DNA of 64,000 nucleotides, taken from positions 2,243-66,242 of the IMG/VR virus record IMGVR_UViG_3300046167_000709; one strand, given 5' to 3'. A model generated the notes under the pieces. The model was not told where the DNA came from. It did not search any database and was given only the letters and a program-made list of their open reading frames with translations. Position numbers and translations under genes: made by a program. The DNA comes from a virus. Lineage: Duplodnaviria > Caudoviricetes. Positions 8,601 through 17,534 of the stretch are shown in pieces (the first letter of the stretch is position 1; every line of letters starts with the position of its first letter).

Positions 8601-11600
8601 ATTTATAGATCTATTATTTGGGTTTAACGCGAAATATTCATTGTATTTTCTTATATCCGCGGGAGGTACTTCACTAAAATCACCAGTCTCAAAAGCTTCA
8701 TTTAGTTTTTCATGAAGATAGGGATGTTCTTCAGATTTAGCTTTCCACGTAGTACCGTCTTTAAAATAAGTAGCATCTACTATAGCTTGAGTTTCTTTAC
8801 CTGTAACTTCTTGATAATAATTATCATTAACCCATTTAATCCAGCCGTCTAAAACTTTTGGGTTATCGCTGGATATAGCTTGAAGTGTTCTATTAGCAAA
8901 GTTTCCAAATTGATAAACGTGCTCTTCCCAAGACTTAGAACCAGCTTCTACACCTTGTTCTAAGCCAAGAACCGCTGCCATTTTTCTACCAAAACTATAA
9001 TTAGCATTTTGATTATATATCATAGCTGCTATACCTCTGATGTTTTTAGGATCTAACTTATAAAGTTCAGCAAGTTTCTCTATAATAAGTCTAACACCCT
9101 TGTCGTGTAGTGATTTATTTTTAAGATTACCTTCTATGTTTTTTATAGTTTGGCTAGATATAGCTTGTTTTATAGCTTTTAAATCTGATTCTGATATAGC
9201 ATCTAAACCTTCTAAAGCGCTTATAGTATTGTTTATTACTTTTAAATCTCCTAACTCTCCAGATTCTAAAGCTTCTTTGGTTTCTTTTATATATCTTTTA
9301 GTCTTATTAGCGTCACTTATAAACAAAAATTTTCTACCTTTAGCTCCACTAGTTGGCTTGCTACCTATGTAGGAGTTTCCAGCACCCGCTAAGTTTGATG
9401 CAACTGCAAATAAGCTAGCGTTTTTTCCAAAAACTTTAGTTAAATCATCGACAAGGAAATTACTTAAATCAGTAACACCTTCAACTCCAGGTTTTATAGG
9501 TTTATAACCTGCATTAACAACGTTAGAATCTACGTTGTATTGAGATCCAGCGCTTCTCTTACTAAACTTAGCTTGCTGAGAAACCTGCAGCCTTTCTGCT
9601 ATTTTAGCTTTATCTAATTGAGGCTTGGCTTTAAAGGCTTCTGTGCTAGGTGTTGCTTCTGCTATAAATTTGTTAGCTATCGCTTTTGCTATAGCTCTTT
9701 TTCTATTGCTATTATTTTGAGGTGTACTTCCAAAGAAATTATTTATTACAGCTGCGACTTTAGGGTTTAATCTATTGTAAAGAACTGCACCAGCTTTTTG
9801 TTGAGTAGTTGTAAGATAAGGAATTCTACCCTGCATCATAAACTTTTCAATATCAGCTTGCTTTGTTAACCTTCTATTTGGTTCTGTAAAAAGTCTAGGT
9901 TGACCCTTCTTAACTCTACCATCGTCAATAGCAACTAAGTCTGTTATACTCAAACCTTTATAAAACGTAGGATTAGAATTTAAAAACTCTCTAAATTGTT
10001 TTGGATTTCCTATTAAGTCTTTAACAATAAAATCTACAAAATCTTTAGATGGTTTAAAAACTTGTTTTCTAAACTTTTCACTATTAATATCTACATTCTT
10101 TAGCTGTTCTGTTACAAAACCTCTAACTTTATCCTTAAACGGGATATCTAGTGGCTTTCCATCTATTTTAATATTATCAACAAGCTTGACATCTGTGTCT
10201 ACTTCTATAGCTGGACCTCTTGATGTGTCTTCTATAGATTCAAGTTCTTTTTGTCTTTCGTCTGAAATACTAGTTTCAACGCTTTTAGTTCCAATTTCTT
10301 GCTCATAAAACTTAGCTTGCTTTGGCTGTATGTTTCTATAGACAAAAGTAGATATTTGCTGAGGCACGTCTTTACCATCTATGTTCTTAACAGGCTTAAA
10401 TCTTCTAAGTATTCCAGGTATATAATCATTAACAAATCCTAGAGCTTTATCCCTAGATACTGTTCCTTTTCCTTGCTTATAACCTAAAGCTTCTATAGCC
10501 ATTAATTGAACTTGCTCAACTAAATTGTCTTCTTCTTTCTTGGTTAAACCTTCTTTTGATTTGGATTTTACAGCTAAATCTTGAGCGCTAGTAGATGCTA
10601 TAGCACCTGTATCTTTTTTACTTTCTTTAGCTACTATGCTTTCAATCTCTTTAGTGTTGTCAACCATTGCTTCGTTAAGAGCTTTCACGGCTTTACCACC
10701 TTTTTTCCTACCGTCAATTTTTACATCTCCACTAACCAACTCGCCTTTAGCTCCTTCTTTAGCTATTCTAACTTGATCTTCGGTTAGTTTACCGCCAGAT
10801 TGTATAGTGTCGTTAAAGTCTTTAATAAAATTAAAAGCATCTAAACCAGTGTCAAATGTTATACTTAGCTTTTGTTGGTTCGCTGGGTTTTTAAATAAGT
10901 TAGAGATTTTATTGCCTATCGACTTCCAAAAACTATCTTGTTTCTTGTTATATACAATGTCTCCATCGGTAAGAGATTCACTTAATAAAGGAATAACTTC
11001 TTCCCACGTGTTTTCTGCTGAATAATTTTCATCACTTAAGTATTCGTTGAACCTGTTCATGAAAGTAAATCCACCTGTTATATCAGGGTTATTAACTATT
11101 TCATTAATCAGTGCTTGGCCAAATTTAATTGCAGCGTCTGGATTTGTTTTGAACGTTTGAAGGAAGAAATGATGTAAAAGCTCGTGTTGATCCGTGGTAT
11201 ACTTGAAGTCTTCTGCTTGCGCTTGGTCGTTTATTAGTATTACTTTTTTACCATCTAAAACCAAAGCTTGACCGTAACCAGTAGACTCTAAAACGCTACC
11301 TCCTTGTTCTTTTATTTCTTTTACTCTTTCATCTATTTTAGCTTGGTCACTAAAAGTTTCTAGTGTACTTTCTATTTGATCAGATATATTTTTAGCACCC
11401 GCTCTTGACTTAGATTCTGCTATTTTAGTTTTATTGATTTCAACTATTTGCTCATCTACTTTTGCTATTTTTTCATTTATAGGTCCATGAAAAGATGAGT
11501 CTACGTTTTCTTTTTCTTTTAATAGCTCTGTTTTCTCCATTAACAAATCAACTTCCACTCCAGTAACATCACCTGGAGCTTTACTCATAGCTTTAGATAC

Positions 11601-14150
11601 ATTGAAAGCAAGTTGCTGCGCTTTTATTATTTGCTGTATTGTTTCAGGATTGCTACTAGATTTTTTCATTGTATCAAGATACATCATAGTAGAATTTATG
11701 TTGTTATGTATCTGATTGTATATTAAGGTTTTTTGATTATTAAATGTTTTAACAGCACCAATAGATCCCATACCTCCGCTTAACATTAAAGTTCCAGCAA
11801 TTAATTCTATTTGTGAATTTAAAAACTCAGAAGACTTAGGTAGAGCTAATCCAAAAGAAGCATCAGTAACTATATTCATAGCCGCGTTTATTTCTTCTTC
11901 ACCAAGTTCTTTTAATATATTAACTGTAAACTCTTTTCCAGCTGCTTTAAAACCTTCTTTAGTTGCTATGTTTTTTAATTTACCTGAAAATATATCTTTT
12001 ATTTTCTTACCTCCAACTCCTCTTAGAAACTGAGCATCTGGCATTATAGTCTGAACTAAACCTTCTGTCAAAGAAACAGCACTAGCATACGCAAGCCCAC
12101 GCCCTCCAAACAATCCTTTAGCTTCAGCATCTTTAACGTTGTCCATTAAAGTTGCTCTAAAAGTAGCGTCCGCCATTAATATACTGTCTTTTAATTTACT
12201 AGAAACAGGTGATAAAACTTTAGACTTAGATCCAAGCCCAGTAATTGTTTTACCTATTCCTTTTTGAAAAGATGTAACATTACCTTTTCTAACCTCGTTC
12301 ATTAAATGTAAAGTAAAAGGAAGCATTTGACCGCCAAGTTTTAGGTAATTTCTAGCACCAGCATCTGTGTTAAAACCACCTTCTTCAGTTGTGATTTTAA
12401 ATTTTTCGTCTTCAGACTTAGGTACTAAACTATAATCCGTAAAGTTGTACACTGTATCTCTCCAAGCGTCATAAACCGAATAATCTTCTTCGTCTGTAAA
12501 AAGATCTCCAAAGCCAGCCATTAAAGCGGCAGGAAAACCAATAGAAGCTTTTTTAGCTAAACCATATAAGCCACCAACAATTTCTCCACCTACAATATCC
12601 ATTGTGCCATTCCAAAAACCTTCTCCTGAAAAGCTTTCTCTGTAAGCTTCAACTTCATCAGATAATTTAAAATTATTTCCCAAGGTTTCTCTAGAAAAAC
12701 TCATGTTTAAATCTCCTTCAATACTGCTTTTAGTCGCGGCTATATTAGATAACTCTTTCTTATAAAAACTAAGCTTTTCGTTTCTTATTTTAGAAGTCTC
12801 TGTGTAAGTTGAAACTAAGGAATTATAGTTTTGTACTTGCTCAGGAGTGTTTAATCCAGACTCTTTGAGAGCTGTCATTTGAGAATTTATAGTGTCTAAA
12901 TCAGAATCTAATTGAATAATATCCTCATCGTATTTTAGTTTAACGTTTTCAAATTGAGAACTTAAAAATTTAGACTTTCTTTTTATTACAGGTATTTTAA
13001 ATTTATTTATTAAATCTTCTTTTTCCTGTAAATTAAAAGTTCCTTTAGCTAGTTTTTGTAAAGATCTTTTGTCTAAAGAATTTACTATATTTAACTCTAT
13101 CTCATCGTTTATTTCTATAGTTTCACTAGGTTCACTGAAGTCTACACCAAAGCCTTTTAAAGCAGAGTTTAAATAGTTTGTTACGTCTCCAAAACCACCT
13201 CCTGTGCTAGCGTTGTTTCCAGTGTCTTTTCTAAGCTCTTCAAGAGCCTTTGACTGAGTGTCTGTTAAACCATCTAACTCTTTAATTAACTCTATTTCTT
13301 TAGCATTGTTTTCGTCAAAATTAGCTAGCTCTTTAGCTATAAATTGATCTCTAGACGCTTGATCTTCAAAGTTTTTATTAGCAAATCTAGTTGACTTAGA
13401 TTCTAGGTCAACTCTTTGTTGCTCTATTTCTTTAAGTTTGTTTTTTTGAGCAGTGTAATATGTAAGTTCAGGGCTTTGCTCTATATCTTCTTCTATAACG
13501 TCACCAACATATTCCGACATAGGCGGAGCGTAGGTTTGAGTTTCCCATAAAGCACCCTCTTCTTGATTCACACCTAAGTCTATGGGTTGATTTCTAGCTT
13601 CTTGAAGCTCTTTTTTAGTTATATCGTCTCTATGACCTAACTCTAATTGAACTGCTGCTAAGTTTATTTGAGCATCTTGAGATCCATTGTTTTCACTTAG
13701 ATTTGACCAATTATCGGTTTCTTGCTTTTTAGTATAGTACTTTATTTTGTTATCGTCACCAACCTGCCATTTGTAGTCGTAGTTGTCAGCAGAATAGGTT
13801 TCATTTTCCTTCACTACACTGTTCAACTTAGCTGTTTGTTCTGTGTATTGTTTCTGTGATTTTCTAGCTTGATCCATCTCTTGATCAGTCATTCCAGGAC
13901 CAAAAAATCTAGGTTCTTGAGATGCTAATTTTCCACTTCCAGAACTTGAACTCTCGGATGCTACCGGGGTTGTTGCTGCAGTCGCATCCTCTTCCACAAC
14001 AACTTCTGTCTTTACTTCTTCAACAGGTGTTTCAACAACCTCTGCCTCAGCAGTTTTTGTTCTACCTTTAAATTCTTGAGCTTTAGCAAATATCTCTTCT
14101 TGAGATAACCCAGTGTCTTGTAAAGAAGTTACGTATTCTAGTAATGTCAT
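5601..14150 (-). CDS. Giant polyvalent internal virion / ejection protein (zincin-like HELLH, HAD phosphatase domain, possible sigma-2-like segment)
   Basis: 2849 aa following tail/internal virion genes; HELLH at ~11172-11186; HAD motifs VFDFDDTL, VLTAR, K, FADD at ~7790-8290. Confidence 0.75.
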   Translation of the reverse strand: MTLLEYVTSLQDTGLSQEEIFAKAQEFKGRTKTAEAEVVETPVEEVKTEVVVEEDATAATTPVASESSSSGSGKLASQEPRFFGPGMTDQEMDQARKSQKQYTEQTAKLNSVVKENETYSADNYDYKWQVGDDNKIKYYTKKQETDNWSNLSENNGSQDAQINLAAVQLELGHRDDITKKELQEARNQPIDLGVNQEEGALWETQTYAPPMSEYVGDVIEEDIEQSPELTYYTAQKNKLKEIEQQRVDLESKSTRFANKNFEDQASRDQFIAKELANFDENNAKEIELIKELDGLTDTQSKALEELRKDTGNNASTGGGFGDVTNYLNSALKGFGVDFSEPSETIEINDEIELNIVNSLDKRSLQKLAKGTFNLQEKEDLINKFKIPVIKRKSKFLSSQFENVKLKYDEDIIQLDSDLDTINSQMTALKESGLNTPEQVQNYNSLVSTYTETSKIRNEKLSFYKKELSNIAATKSSIEGDLNMSFSRETLGNNFKLSDEVEAYRESFSGEGFWNGTMDIVGGEIVGGLYGLAKKASIGFPAALMAGFGDLFTDEEDYSVYDAWRDTVYNFTDYSLVPKSEDEKFKITTEEGGFNTDAGARNYLKLGGQMLPFTLHLMNEVRKGNVTSFQKGIGKTITGLGSKSKVLSPVSSKLKDSILMADATFRATLMDNVKDAEAKGLFGGRGLAYASAVSLTEGLVQTIMPDAQFLRGVGGKKIKDIFSGKLKNIATKEGFKAAGKEFTVNILKELGEEEINAAMNIVTDASFGLALPKSSEFLNSQIELIAGTLMLSGGMGSIGAVKTFNNQKTLIYNQIHNNINSTMMYLDTMKKSSSNPETIQQIIKAQQLAFNVSKAMSKAPGDVTGVEVDLLMEKTELLKEKENVDSSFHGPINEKIAKVDEQIVEINKTKIAESKSRAGAKNISDQIESTLETFSDQAKIDERVKEIKEQGGSVLESTGYGQALVLDGKKVILINDQAQAEDFKYTTDQHELLHHFFLQTFKTNPDAAIKFGQALINEIVNNPDITGGFTFMNRFNEYLSDENYSAENTWEEVIPLLSESLTDGDIVYNKKQDSFWKSIGNKISNLFKNPANQQKLSITFDTGLDAFNFIKDFNDTIQSGGKLTEDQVRIAKEGAKGELVSGDVKIDGRKKGGKAVKALNEAMVDNTKEIESIVAKESKKDTGAIASTSAQDLAVKSKSKEGLTKKEEDNLVEQVQLMAIEALGYKQGKGTVSRDKALGFVNDYIPGILRRFKPVKNIDGKDVPQQISTFVYRNIQPKQAKFYEQEIGTKSVETSISDERQKELESIEDTSRGPAIEVDTDVKLVDNIKIDGKPLDIPFKDKVRGFVTEQLKNVDINSEKFRKQVFKPSKDFVDFIVKDLIGNPKQFREFLNSNPTFYKGLSITDLVAIDDGRVKKGQPRLFTEPNRRLTKQADIEKFMMQGRIPYLTTTQQKAGAVLYNRLNPKVAAVINNFFGSTPQNNSNRKRAIAKAIANKFIAEATPSTEAFKAKPQLDKAKIAERLQVSQQAKFSKRSAGSQYNVDSNVVNAGYKPIKPGVEGVTDLSNFLVDDLTKVFGKNASLFAVASNLAGAGNSYIGSKPTSGAKGRKFLFISDANKTKRYIKETKEALESGELGDLKVINNTISALEGLDAISESDLKAIKQAISSQTIKNIEGNLKNKSLHDKGVRLIIEKLAELYKLDPKNIRGIAAMIYNQNANYSFGRKMAAVLGLEQGVEAGSKSWEEHVYQFGNFANRTLQAISSDNPKVLDGWIKWVNDNYYQEVTGKETQAIVDATYFKDGTTWKAKSEEHPYLHEKLNEAFETGDFSEVPPADIRKYNEYFALNPNNRSINGVSDAAKYNVEVDAKFRNNLDVQAEQQRLIYEQFIGETTAEKAKQDIKVYTELAPGKAMASKRDSDLIPDAIKYDRPITVQTAINALEKTDKSLELARKLDQPVKKIRVFDFDDTLARTKSNVLYTMPDGTTGAIDAATFAKEAGNMEAEGAQWDFSEFSKVMQGSKGPLLDVAKIIAEKRGTKDVFVLTARPADAAGPIKEFLASMGLDIPLANITGLGDGTPQAKAGWIMGKAAEGYNDFYFADDHTGNVKAVKDVLSQIDVKSKVQLAKASKRQTFDTVVNDMIEDSSGIETYKKYSAARAKTVGASKGKYNFLIPPSAEDFTGLLYKMIGKGKKGDAQMAFLKTNLLDTYNRAESAVTQAKISAANDFVALKTKLKTLPKTLSKQTGIGKFTYSHAVRVAAWTKQGMDIPGLSKRDIKELNDFVNKDAKLRVFTDELIKIQKGKEYPKPDKDWLGGNITTDIIGGINKVNRAEYQQEWRENIDIIFSEDNMNKMEAAYGTRWREAMEDSIRRMKSGSNRPIGGNRVTEGLLNWLNNSVGAVMFLNTRSALLQTISAVNFINLGDNNIIKAGRAFANQKQFWGDFMTLMNSDYLVERRNGLKINVSESEIADAVRESKNKPKAAIAFLLSKGFVMTRFADSFAIASGGSTFYRNRLEALKKQGLSDADAETQAFEDFKAIAEENQQSSSPSKISQQQASAAGRVILAWANTPMQYARIQKRAAQDLINGRGDWRSNVSKIVYYGAIQNLIFNSLQQAVFALGFGDDEEETDEAKAKKRNDKAYKVANGMIDSQLKGLGIFGAASAAIKNTLMTLYEEYGKKGSKYENAVDDLLSFSPPLGSKIGKIKGGLRSFSWNMKDIKEKGFSLDNPAYMAGAQVVTGFTNIPLDRVAKKINNLRGLVNERSSLWQKVALGLGWGTWELGLGYYGGFDKKEPLTPKQELQLEVDKMKKDTNKPDQVKTLLDFGLTKKQIRELKNENNRVKKILELQKKDKDEK

Positions 14151-14160
14151 TTAATTAAAT

Positions 14161-15256
14161 TTATAGGTTATTATCGTCAATAAACTTTTGAGCTTTAGCT
14201 TTCTTAGCTTCAGCTAAATCAAACACCGCGGCATCTGCCTGAACCGTAGGCAATTGGTTTGTAGTAAATTGTTTCAGATAATTATTCATAAAGTATTCTT
14301 TATATTTCTTTTCAAATAAAACTTTTTTATCTTGCATAAGTGGCAAGTCTTCTGTGTAGCTCCAAGAGCTCTCTCCAGCATTAGCGTTTCTGTACCATTT
14401 GATCGTCCTCTTCAACGCTTGTGCCTTTAGATATATAAACGTTCCAAGCTGCAACTGCGTCTTGTTCAGAGCTAAGTAAACCAGCAACCTCAGCGTTTAT
14501 AAACGGAGTTACTTTCTTTTCGATTTTATCTAAATCGTATTTAAGTATGTTTCTACCTTTTCCATTTCCGATGTCTACGATCTCATAATCAGGGGTTCCA
14601 TCAGGATTAATAATCACATATTCTTCAATTATTTTAGCTTGAGCTGCAAGCTCTCCATTTTCATTAACCATGTCAGGTGAAAATACACCAACTTCAGTCA
14701 ATAGTCTTAACATGTTTTTATCTATATCTGGGGTCGGCGCTACAAGCGAAGTGTTTGATTCAATTAAAGCATTTAAAGCTGTATTGTTTATAACTAATGG
14801 CTCTTGAAAAGCAGGGCCAGTGAAAACAATCTGTTGAGAACCACCTGGTAGTAAATCTAAATAAACATTATAACCATCTGACTTAGAAAAACCAGGTTTA
14901 GCTGTCATAATGCTATTAGCTGCTTTATACTTAAAGTCATTGTTTGGATCAAAGTTTGAATCATCTGTTACGCTTAATTCTGCTAGTAGTGAAGATAAAA
15001 AATCTAAAGATAACTGTGGAGCTTCTTGCAGATGTTTAATTTCTGACAACTCATAAGCGCAAGTTTCGTCTTGACAATTGTTTGAGTCTACAGCTAATTT
15101 TAATTTAGCATAAACTCTTCCCTGTGTTTCTATAAGCATTGTCTAGTATTTGAAAATTGTAATCGCTAACACCTGACGTAAAGTCTTTGTTATAAGCAAT
15201 AGCATCACTTTCGTTAAACTGCTGTAAAAAAAGGTTTTGATTTAAGTTGTTTTCCA
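14161..15256 (-). CDS. Probable internal virion protein, one gene split by frameshifts (~15140, ~14390)
   Basis: Overlapping ORFs 14381-15139 and 14161-14487 plus an upstream ATG near 15256 read as one acidic protein. Confidence 0.55.
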
Positions 15257-15267
15257 TTTTTTATTTT

Positions 15268-15993
15268 TTAATTTCCACCACCTATTAAACTACCACCAAT
15301 AGATGCTAGTGACCCAAACATCCCAGTTATAGCACCTGTTTGATCTGCTCTAGCCTGTGCTGTGGCTTGTGCAGCACCAGTTAACTGCGAAAGAGTTCTG
15401 CTTATGCGACCTTCTTCTCTAGCTTCTTTAGCACTAAATTGAAATTGTTTTCCGGCTGCTTGAGCTGCTTGAACTCTAGCTGCTTCAGACATTTGAATTC
15501 CTTGAATTCGTATTTTTTCAGCCATTTTAGCTTCTTGCATTTGACGTTCGCCTTCTGCTCTTTTTTCTTCGTTAGATTTTTCTTGTTGTTCTATATTAGC
15601 CGCAACACCTTTTTTGCTTCTTAAAGCGGCGTTAGCTAAAGCGGTTGCACCACCTGCTCCAGCACCTGTAGCTCTCATTGTATCTAGCGAAGCTGCTAAA
15701 GCTAAGTCACTTTCTTCCATTTGAATTTCGGCAGCTTGAGTAGCTACTCCTAGATTAGCGAAAGGGTTAGATATTTCACTAGACATGTCTTTAGAAAATC
15801 CAGCTACGCTTTCAACACCTTCATAAGGGTTAACAATCTTTCCTCTATGCGTTTCTAAATGATGCAATCTTTTTGCTAACCTTGCTTTTGCTGCGGCTGC
15901 TTCTCTAGCAGCTCGCTTAGCTGAGCTAGATCCAAATAATCCACCTATTATACTAGCGCCTGCTCCTATTATTGCTCCTGCTCCTATTGGCAT
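15268..15993 (-). CDS. Internal virion / DNA pilot-type protein
   Basis: Gly-rich hydrophobic ends (GAGAIIGAGASIIGGLFG; GMFGSLASIGGSLIGGG) around an Ala/Gln-rich helical core, typical of podovirus ejection proteins. Confidence 0.7.
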   Translation of the reverse strand: MPIGAGAIIGAGASIIGGLFGSSSAKRAAREAAAAKARLAKRLHHLETHRGKIVNPYEGVESVAGFSKDMSSEISNPFANLGVATQAAEIQMEESDLALAASLDTMRATGAGAGGATALANAALRSKKGVAANIEQQEKSNEEKRAEGERQMQEAKMAEKIRIQGIQMSEAARVQAAQAAGKQFQFSAKEAREEGRISRTLSQLTGAAQATAQARADQTGAITGMFGSLASIGGSLIGGGN

Positions 15994-16023
15994 ATTTGTA
16001 TATTTTTATATTTATTATTCATT

Positions 16024-17493
16024 TTAAAATCCGTTTGAAAAAGTGTAGTTAGAAGAAACCGCGAAAACCTCTTTATACCCTCCCACATTTGTAGCTGTGT
16101 CTGTAGAAATAGTTACGTTTGTATAAAAACCTTTTAAACCAGAAGATTTACCAACCAATGTTCCATCTACTTGTTCACTAAAAATAACTTCGCCATTAAA
16201 AGCGGTTGGTGAACCAACTATGTTAGCTACGTATTTATTTTCTTTTCTATTAAAACCTGCTCTATTTATAGGAGGTATTAATGGTGATGGATATTCATTT
16301 CCAAAATTGTCATAACTTCCTTGTTCGTAACTATATATTTTATTAGACGTATCATAAGCGTATCCAAAATTTTCATTGTAATTAGGTATAAAACCTGTTG
16401 CATCAGAAGTTATAGATGTAACTTCCCAACCATTAGTTCCTTCATAACTAATAGTACTAAATACTTTTTCACTACTAACCTGCGGGTTAAATACAAATGA
16501 TATAGATGAATTACTAGCTAATCCATAAAACAAATTATAGTTAACGTTTTGATCGTGGTGTTTGTACATTTTACTACCATTCGTTGTGTAGTAATTATTA
16601 GATAAACTAAATATCTGGCTAGGTTTATAAGTGTAAAAACTAACCCATCCTTTAACGTTTTCATCAAAAGTTAACGTTCTATAAGGTAACTTAGGATTTG
16701 ATGGCTGAATAGATAAAACATATTCTTTAGAATATATATCCCATCCACCTATTATTTTTCCTTTACCAAAAGCTGGAGAGTCAACAGAAGATATTGTATC
16801 TCTAAAAAACGCTCTCATTCCTGTATTTGATATTTCAACTAAACTTCCATTACCACCTAATCTCATTACAACGTTGTGTGTTGGGTCTACAAAGTATTTA
16901 TGAAAACCATAAACTGCAAAACTTTCAGGGTGAGTACCTATTCCGTATTCACCACCGTAAGGTTGTATTGTACCAATTACTAAGTTTGAAGATGTTACGG
17001 TTCCTCCACCTTCTGCAGAATATATAGCGTCTTTATCTATTAAAGCTCTTGATACTTTTAATTCTTGAAAAACAATAAGATTTGTATCTTCAGCGTATAA
17101 TAGCTGTATTGAGCCATTAGCTGGATCAACACTTTTAGTTATTTCTTCTCCTACGCTAAAAACATTGGTTTGATTTATAGAGGTTCTAGAGTTAAATACA
17201 CCAGAATATATCAACCCATTTGGCTTAATAGAAGACTTAGGAGCGTCTTCAACTATATACGCTCTAACACCATAATCAGTCGACGTATTGTTGTAACCCG
17301 CTCTTATTCTACTTTCTTCAATAAACCAAACCTTATCTTCAGAAACCGCTTGCTGTTCAAACCCACCAATAGACTGAGGTATACCCATAGATCCATTCCA
17401 CAGTATACCGCCAATTGTTATAGGCGTAGGGTCTTTTACTTGCTTTTTAAGTAGAAAACTATTAAAGTATTTAACTTCTATTATTGCTGCCAT
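16024..17493 (-). CDS. Tail tubular/nozzle-type structural protein
   Basis: Beta-rich 489 aa (GEYGIGTHPESFA, GWVSFYTY) in the tail gene position. Confidence 0.65.
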   Translation of the reverse strand: MAAIIEVKYFNSFLLKKQVKDPTPITIGGILWNGSMGIPQSIGGFEQQAVSEDKVWFIEESRIRAGYNNTSTDYGVRAYIVEDAPKSSIKPNGLIYSGVFNSRTSINQTNVFSVGEEITKSVDPANGSIQLLYAEDTNLIVFQELKVSRALIDKDAIYSAEGGGTVTSSNLVIGTIQPYGGEYGIGTHPESFAVYGFHKYFVDPTHNVVMRLGGNGSLVEISNTGMRAFFRDTISSVDSPAFGKGKIIGGWDIYSKEYVLSIQPSNPKLPYRTLTFDENVKGWVSFYTYKPSQIFSLSNNYYTTNGSKMYKHHDQNVNYNLFYGLASNSSISFVFNPQVSSEKVFSTISYEGTNGWEVTSITSDATGFIPNYNENFGYAYDTSNKIYSYEQGSYDNFGNEYPSPLIPPINRAGFNRKENKYVANIVGSPTAFNGEVIFSEQVDGTLVGKSSGLKGFYTNVTISTDTATNVGGYKEVFAVSSNYTFSNGF

Positions 17494-17534
17494 TTTTTAT
17501 ATTATCACTTAATTTGTTATTTAATTACTAAAAC

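Noticed and set aside
5601-14150. Virion RNA polymerase
   Set aside because: No DxDGD/DFDID catalytic motif is seen; FDFDDT lies in a full HAD motif context.
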